The notes under the pieces were generated by a model. The model did not search any database and was not told where the DNA came from. It saw nothing but the letters and a program-made list of their open reading frames with translations. Shown here one piece after another: positions 58,844-64,000 of a stretch of DNA of 64,000 nucleotides. The translations under genes and the position numbers were made by a program. The stretch lies in NCBI GenBank assembly GCA_023663615.1, contig JAMPHA010000001.1:153928-217927 (forward strand), read 5' to 3'. This DNA is from Clostridium sp. GTDB lineage: Bacteria; Bacillota; Clostridia; Lachnospirales; Lachnospiraceae. Each line of letters begins with the position of its first letter. Positions within the stretch are counted from its first letter, which is position 1.

Positions 58844-60022
58844 ATGGCAAGAGGAATTGGAACAAAATGTCTGCATTTGGAGGAGGAAGAGGGAAGCGTC
58901 AGCAATTATGGGGCAATCAGCTATCCGATTTTTCAGACGGCGACCTATGCGCATCCCGGCGTGGGGAGAAGCACGGGATTTGATTACAGCAGATTGCAGA
59001 ATCCGACCAGAGAGCATTTGGAAAAAGTAGTGGCGGCTTTGGAAAACGGATCGGACGCGCTGGCGCTGTCTACAGGAATGGCGGCGATCGCGCTGATGAT
59101 GGAGCTGTTTGGACCGGGGGATCATCTGATCGTCGATGCGGATCTCTACGGGGGAAGCATCCGGCTTTTTCAAAACGTATCCGAGAAGAACGGCATTGTT
59201 TTTTCAAGGATCGATTGTTATAAAGAGGATGTGGAGCGTTACGTCAATGAGCATACGAGGGCGATCTACATTGAAACGCCGACCAACCCCATGATGAATG
59301 TGACGGACATAGCGGCGCTTTCAAAGATTGCCCGGAAACATGATCTTCTGCTGATCGTTGACAATACGTTTCTCTCACCTTATTTTCAGAATCCCTTGGA
59401 TTTGGGCGCGGATATTGTGGTGCACAGCGGAACGAAATATCTTGGAGGGCATAATGATACACTGGCGGGGTTTCTGGTCACGAACAGGGAGGATATAAGG
59501 GCGCGCCTGCGCTTTCTCATCAAGACGACGGGAGCGGGGCTTGCACCGTTTGACTGCTGGCTCATCCTGCGCGGGATCAAGACGCTCGGTATCCGCATGG
59601 AGAAAGCGCAGGAAAATGCGATCGCGATCGCGAATTGGCTGAAAGAGCAAAAAGCGGTGACGAAAGTGATCTATCCGGGACTGCCGGAGCATCCGGGATA
59701 CGAGATCACAAAAAAGCAGTCCAGAGGCTTTGGCGCCATGCTCACATTTCAATTGGAAAGCAAAGAATATGCCTTGGCGATCTTAGAGAAGGTGCGCATG
59801 ATCAAGTTTGCGGAAAGCCTTGGCGGCGTGGAGACACTGATTACCTATCCGACGACACAGACGCACGCGGATGTGCCAAAGGAAATTCGCGAGAAGAACG
59901 GGATCACGGAGAGTACGCTGAGACTTTCGGCAGGCATCGAGGATGCGGAGGATCTGCTGGAGGAGCTGGAACATATATTTCATGAGATAGAGAGGGAACT
60001 ACATGGCGGAGAAAAATCTTGA
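58844..60022 (+). CDS. Cys/Met-metabolism PLP enzyme (cystathionine gamma-synthase / beta-lyase family)
   Basis: YPIFQTATYAH...YSRLQNPT...HSGTKYLGGHND (PLP lysine). GGGAGGAG RBS. Confidence 0.85.
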   Translation: MARGIGTKCLHLEEEEGSVSNYGAISYPIFQTATYAHPGVGRSTGFDYSRLQNPTREHLEKVVAALENGSDALALSTGMAAIALMMELFGPGDHLIVDADLYGGSIRLFQNVSEKNGIVFSRIDCYKEDVERYVNEHTRAIYIETPTNPMMNVTDIAALSKIARKHDLLLIVDNTFLSPYFQNPLDLGADIVVHSGTKYLGGHNDTLAGFLVTNREDIRARLRFLIKTTGAGLAPFDCWLILRGIKTLGIRMEKAQENAIAIANWLKEQKAVTKVIYPGLPEHPGYEITKKQSRGFGAMLTFQLESKEYALAILEKVRMIKFAESLGGVETLITYPTTQTHADVPKEIREKNGITESTLRLSAGIEDAEDLLEELEHIFHEIERELHGGEKS

Positions 60023-61178
60023 TTTTGACAGGATCATAAACAGAAAAGGAACAAAAAGCTTAAAATACGACTTTGCAAAGGAACACGGCATACCGGAGGA
60101 TGCACTGCCGCTCTGGGTGGCGGATATGGATTTTGAAACGTCCTCGTATATCGAGGAGGCGCTGATCGAGCAGGCGAAACATGGGATTTTCGGATACAGC
60201 GAAGCGAAGCGTCCCTATTTTGAGAGCGTAAAGGGATGGATAGAAAGGCATCACGGCTGGAGCGTTGAGGAAAACTGGCTGGTAAAAACACCGGGGGTCG
60301 TATTTGCGCTCGCGATGGCGATCAAGGCATATACGGAGCCGGGAGACGGCGTGCTGATCCAGTTACCGGTATATTATCCCTTTTCGCAGGCGATCGAAGA
60401 CAATGGAAGGAGAGTGGTGAGCAACACCTTGTATCTGGGCGAGGATCACCGTTACCATATGGATTTTGACGATTTTGAGAAAAAGATCGTTGCGGGACGG
60501 GTCAAGATGCTGTTTTTGTGCAACCCGCACAATCCGGTCGGAAGGGTATGGACAAAGGAAGAACTGACGACGATCGGCGATCTTTGCGTCAAGCACCATG
60601 TCATTGTCGTCAGCGATGAGATCCATCAGGATTTCGTATTTAAGGGAAAGCATCTCGTGTTTGCAGGATTAAAAAAAGAATATGAGGACATCAGCATTAC
60701 CTGCACCTCGCCGAGTAAGACGTTTAATCTTGCCGGAATGCTGCTTTCCAATATTTTTATCCCCAACCGCGGGCTCAGGACAAAGTTCCGCAGGGAATTG
60801 AGCGCGGCAGGCATCAGTCAGCTCGGCGTGATGGGACTTGCGGCCTGTGAGGCGGCATACAGCAAAGGGGAGGAATGGTATACGGCGATGCATTCCTATG
60901 TGGCGGATAACCTTGCGTTTACCAAAAACTATGTGGAGGAGAATCTGCCCGGCGTGCGAATGATCGAACATGAGGGAACCTATCTTGTCTGGCTGGATTT
61001 CAGGGATACGGGGATCGGGGCGGAGGAACTGGAAAGACGGATCATCCATCAGGCAAAGCTGTGGCTTGACAGCGGGAAGCTGTTCGGAGCGTGCGGAACG
61101 GGATTTCAGCGGATCAATACGGCGTGTCCCAGAAGCACCCTGCGGGAGGCGTTGGAAAGACTTCAGAAAGTGCTGTGA
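60003..61178 (+). CDS. MalY/PatB-type PLP-dependent C-S lyase (aminotransferase class I/II fold)
   Basis: FDRIINRKGTKSLKYD...LWVADMDF...NPHNPVGRVW...SPSKTFNLAG (PLP lysine). It overlaps the upstream gene by 20 nt. Confidence 0.85.
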   Translation: MAEKNLDFDRIINRKGTKSLKYDFAKEHGIPEDALPLWVADMDFETSSYIEEALIEQAKHGIFGYSEAKRPYFESVKGWIERHHGWSVEENWLVKTPGVVFALAMAIKAYTEPGDGVLIQLPVYYPFSQAIEDNGRRVVSNTLYLGEDHRYHMDFDDFEKKIVAGRVKMLFLCNPHNPVGRVWTKEELTTIGDLCVKHHVIVVSDEIHQDFVFKGKHLVFAGLKKEYEDISITCTSPSKTFNLAGMLLSNIFIPNRGLRTKFRRELSAAGISQLGVMGLAACEAAYSKGEEWYTAMHSYVADNLAFTKNYVEENLPGVRMIEHEGTYLVWLDFRDTGIGAEELERRIIHQAKLWLDSGKLFGACGTGFQRINTACPRSTLREALERLQKVL

Positions 61179-61229
61179 GCAGGGGCAGCAGCCACTGTTA
61201 TGCGCCATGACAAAGCGGCTGCGGCTGCA

Positions 61230-61296
61230 GCGGAAAATTTCCGCGGAAAATTTCCGCGGAAAACTGCCGCAGAAAACCGCAGAAAACTGCCGCAGG
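61230..61296. repeat. array of five 10-13-nt tandem units (GCGGAAAATTTCC-like)
   Basis: GCGGAAAATTTCC x2, then GCGGAAAACTGCC, GCAGAAAACC and GCAGAAAACTGCC, contiguous from 61230. Confidence 0.85.
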
Positions 61297-61313
61297 AATC
61301 CCCAAAAAAGTAA

Positions 61314-61342
61314 TTGACAAGATTGAAATCGGACCGTATAAT
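61314..61342 (+). promoter_or_regulatory. perfect-consensus sigma-A promoter for cysK
   Basis: TTGACA (61314-61319), exactly 17 nt, then TATAAT (61337-61342). Confidence 0.6.
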
Positions 61343-61410
61343 ACACAACAGAGTACAAAACATATAACACCTATCAAAAAAGTAAGAAATAAAAAATGGA
61401 GGAGATCACC

Positions 61411-62349
61411 ATGAGTCAGATCAAAGAAAGCGCACTGGAGCTGATCGGAGGAACCCCGATCCTGAAACTGAACGGATATGCGAAGAAGGCGGGCATAAAG
61501 GATGCTGTCATTCTTGCCAAGCTGGAATATTTGAATCCGGCAGGCTCCGTAAAGGACCGTATCGCATTAGCGATGATCGAGGATGCGGAAAAGAGCGGTC
61601 TGTTAAAAGAAGGAGCGACCATTATCGAGCCGACGAGCGGAAATACCGGAATCGGTCTGGCGGCAGTCGCGGCGGCAAAGGGATACAGAGCGATCCTGAC
61701 CCTGCCGGATACCATGAGCGTTGAAAGAAGAAATCTGTTAAAAGCGTACGGCGCGGAGCTTGTGCTCACGGAAGGCGCGAAGGGCATGAAGGGAGCGATC
61801 GCGAAGGCGGAGGAGCTGCAAAAAGAGATCGACGGCGCCGTCATCCTCGGACAGTTTGTCAATCCTGCCAATCCCGCCGTACATAAGAGAACCACGGGAC
61901 CGGAGATCTGGGAGCAGACGGACGGCAAGGTAGATATTTTTGTTGCCGGAGTAGGAACGGGCGGAACGATCACGGGCGTCGGCGAATACTTAAAAGAGAA
62001 AAATCCGGACGTGAAGATCGTCGCAGTAGAGCCGTCGGGAAGTCCTGTTTTATCCAAAGGGACGCCGGGAGCGCATAAGATTCAGGGAATCGGCGCAGGG
62101 TTTGTGCCGGAAGTGCTCAACACGAAAATCTATGATGAGATCATCACCATTGAGAACGAGGATGCGTTTGCAGAGGGAAGAGCCTTTGCGGTCAGCGAGG
62201 GAATCCTTGTGGGAATCTCTTCCGGAGCGGCGTTAAAGGCGGCATCCATCTTAGCGGAACGACCGGAAAATAAGGGAAAGACGATTGTCGCGCTGCTTCC
62301 GGATTCGGGAGACCGATATTTGTCCACCCCGCTGTTTGGGGAGCATTGA
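61411..62349 (+). CDS. cysK: cysteine synthase A (O-acetylserine sulfhydrylase)
   Basis: [10 protein letters not shown]...[11 protein letters not shown] (PLP lysine)...[12 protein letters not shown]...[10 protein letters not shown]. The ATG at 61411 sits 6 nt after GGAGGAG. The tracked ATG at 61396 lacks an RBS. Confidence 0.9.
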   Translation: MSQIKESALELIGGTPILKLNGYAKKAGIKDAVILAKLEYLNPAGSVKDRIALAMIEDAEKSGLLKEGATIIEPTSGNTGIGLAAVAAAKGYRAILTLPDTMSVERRNLLKAYGAELVLTEGAKGMKGAIAKAEELQKEIDGAVILGQFVNPANPAVHKRTTGPEIWEQTDGKVDIFVAGVGTGGTITGVGEYLKEKNPDVKIVAVEPSGSPVLSKGTPGAHKIQGIGAGFVPEVLNTKIYDEIITIENEDAFAEGRAFAVSEGILVGISSGAALKAASILAERPENKGKTIVALLPDSGDRYLSTPLFGEH

Positions 62350-62614
62350 CCGAAAACGCAAAAAAGCGCGGGATAGGAAACGATGGAAACCGGGGGATTT
62401 GTCAGCGTGAAGGGACAGACCTCCGGTTTTCGTGATACTCACAAAACAATTCTTCGAAAGGGCGCTATGCGTCCTTTTTTTGTCCGGAGAAATTTTGGGG
62501 AGCATGTCAATCGGTTCTTTCTGCCTGATCGGCTTTGTGCTATAATTTCATAGAAAGAAATCATAGGCGGTTGCGTTTCGCAATTGTCGAAGAGGAAATA
62601 AGGAGGACGAAACG

Positions 62615-62788
62615 ATGCTGCCAAAGGAACCGGCAATGCTGCTGAGTGCGGTCAACTTAAAACTGCGCGATTATTATGAGAGTCTGGAGGCGTTGTGCGA
62701 CGACATGGATGAGGATATTTCCCGCATCACACAGACGCTTGCACAGATCGACTATCATTATGACAGGGAGAGAAATCAATTTGTCTGA
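62615..62788 (+). CDS. DUF4250-like small protein (57 aa)
   Basis: Hand-found ORF MLPKEPAMLLSAVNLKLRDYYESLEALCDDMDEDISRITQTLAQIDYHYDRERNQFV*. AAGGAGGA RBS 7 nt upstream. Below the track threshold. Confidence 0.6.
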   Translation: MLPKEPAMLLSAVNLKLRDYYESLEALCDDMDEDISRITQTLAQIDYHYDRERNQFV

Positions 62789-64000
62789 AACGATCACGCT
62801 GCTGGTGCATGGCGCGTTTTATCGGGGAGATCAGATCAAACGGCGCGTGCTGACGGCGGAAAAAAATGAAAATCTTTTTGCGGTACTCAAGCGGGGCGGG
62901 CTGTATCTGCATGATTGCAGCGGGCGCGGGAGCTGCGGAAAATGTAAGGTGCGCTTTGTGACAGGCGCGCCGCTGCCGACGGCGGCGGAGCGCGCGCTGC
63001 TTTCCGCGGAAGAACTGCGCGCGGGCGTGCGGCTGGCATGTCGGCAAAGTGTGCGCAGGGATACGGAACTCGTCATAGAAGCCGAGGCTGCAGCAATCCC
63101 GGATGTGATCGGGGCGCTGCCGGACACGGGAGCGGAGCCCGTGCGCAGGTCGCAGGCATATGCGGCGGAGGAGACCGGACATGGGACGCAGGCATGTGCG
63201 GGGGAGGAAACCGGACATGGGACGCAGGCATGTGCGGCGGAGGAGCCCGTGCGCAGGACGCAGGCATATGCGGCAGAGGAAACTAGGCATGCCTCCGCGC
63301 CCGTGTTTGCGGCGGTTGACATTGGTACAACAACGATCGCTATGCGCGGGATGTGCGGCGGGGCGGAAGTAGGAAGCTATGCGGCGCTCAATCCGCAGCG
63401 CATGTACGGCGCGGACGTCGTATCCCGTATCAGCGCGGGGATGCAGGGACACGCGGAGGACATGCGGCAGCAGGTGTGCGCCTGCCTTGCGGACGGGGTG
63501 CGGCTGATCGGGGAGCAATGCGGCAGGACGCCCGCCTACATGGTCATTGCGGCGAACACGACCATGGTGCACCTGCTCTGCGGGGATTCTCTCGAACCGC
63601 TTTCCGCATTCCCGTTTGAGCCGGTAAACATAAGACCACAACAGATAGTGGTTGCAGGAATTCCTGCATACATTATATGCGGTATATCGGCATTTGTGGG
63701 CGGGGATGTGGTATCGGGAATGGCGGCAACTGGATTACATAACTCAAGCGACTTGCAATTATTCATCGACCTGGGAACGAACGGCGAGATCGTACTTGGA
63801 AAAAAAGGACGATTTCTGTGTACAGCGACTGCGGCAGGCTCGGCGTTTGAAGGAAACGGAAGTGTGGATCTGATGGGCGCCGATCTGATACGGGTCACAG
63901 CCGATGCGCTGCATGAGGGCATCATGGATGCGCATGGTCTTTTCAGCGAGCCTTATTTCACAGACGGATTGGATCGCGCGGGCGCGCATATCACGCAGGA
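62781..64000 (+). CDS. 2Fe-2S ferredoxin / ASKHA (DUF4445, RACo-like) domain protein, partial (continues past window end)
   Basis: Hand translation from TTG 62781 gives SETITLLVHG...LHDCSGRGSCGKCKVRF...RLACRQ (plant-type 2Fe-2S Cys pattern). A repeat linker follows, then FAAVDIGTTTIAM...IAANTTMVHLL...FIDLGTNGEIVLG...CTATAAGSAFEG (actin-like ATPase motifs). The frame is open to 64000. The start codon is uncertain. Confidence 0.7.
   Translation, partial: MSETITLLVHGAFYRGDQIKRRVLTAEKNENLFAVLKRGGLYLHDCSGRGSCGKCKVRFVTGAPLPTAAERALLSAEELRAGVRLACRQSVRRDTELVIEAEAAAIPDVIGALPDTGAEPVRRSQAYAAEETGHGTQACAGEETGHGTQACAAEEPVRRTQAYAAEETRHASAPVFAAVDIGTTTIAMRGMCGGAEVGSYAALNPQRMYGADVVSRISAGMQGHAEDMRQQVCACLADGVRLIGEQCGRTPAYMVIAANTTMVHLLCGDSLEPLSAFPFEPVNIRPQQIVVAGIPAYIICGISAFVGGDVVSGMAATGLHNSSDLQLFIDLGTNGEIVLGKKGRFLCTATAAGSAFEGNGSVDLMGADLIRVTADALHEGIMDAHGLFSEPYFTDGLDRAGAHITQ

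Noticed and set aside
62727-63641. 304-aa minus-strand ORF and several 60-160-aa ORFs across 62.8-63.9 kb
   Set aside because: They are antisense or off-frame shadows of the 2Fe-2S/ASKHA gene. That gene shows a ferredoxin Cys pattern and actin-fold ATPase motifs in the plus frame starting near 62781.

Overview
This is a 64-kb chromosomal window from a moderately GC-rich, endospore-forming Firmicute that looks like Clostridia. The evidence for that is spoIIAA-spoIIAB-sigF, spoVAA/AB/AC, a CotF-like coat protein and a T-box-controlled valS-folC. Layout: (1) 1-2.1 kb, 2-oxoacid:ferredoxin oxidoreductase genes on the minus strand. (2) 2.4-7.0 kb, a GGDEF cyclase, an ECF S-component and a transglutaminase-like envelope protein. 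(3) 7.3-25.7 kb, a LacI-headed beta-1,4-galactan utilisation locus. It has two GH53 galactanases (one cytoplasmic, one lipoprotein with CBM repeats), two ABC permease pairs and two unusual solute-binding proteins. An embedded trio of poorly understood surface or membrane proteins (NHL/TPR, Yip1, DUF5696) sits between the transporter sets. (4) 25.9-35.5 kb, a MATE/kinase chimeric ORF, the T-box leader, valS, a FapA-like gene, folC and a TPR protein. (5) 35.7-39.8 kb, spoIIAA-spoIIAB-sigF, a PHP phosphoesterase and spoVAA-spoVAB. (6) 39.8-46.3 kb, accessory cargo: HMA protein, Zn/Cd-type P1B ATPase, ArsR, MerR and an ABC-2 exporter. (7) 46.4 kb, a lone spoVAC. (8) 47.2-52.1 kb, a conspicuously AT-rich island carrying an AAA/DUF4143 ATPase, an HTH remnant, a ParA-like ATPase-DUF3990-DUF3791 operon and an XRE regulator with an FlhA-like tail. 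(9) 52.1-64 kb, araC/araA, a coat protein, a serine hydrolase, mnmA, a Cys/Met PLP-enzyme cluster with cysK, DUF4250 and a 2Fe-2S/ASKHA protein. The best candidate for an undescribed system is the three-gene ParA-like/DUF3990/DUF3791 cassette in the AT-rich island, because DUF3990 shows H-Y-E ADP-ribosyltransferase-like motifs. Secondary leads are the NHL-Yip1-DUF5696 module inside the galactan locus, a dispersed structured ~155-170-nt intergenic repeat present twice, and many GC-rich short tandem repeats inserted in linkers and intergenic regions. No rRNA, tRNA, CRISPR array, transposase or integrase was recognised.
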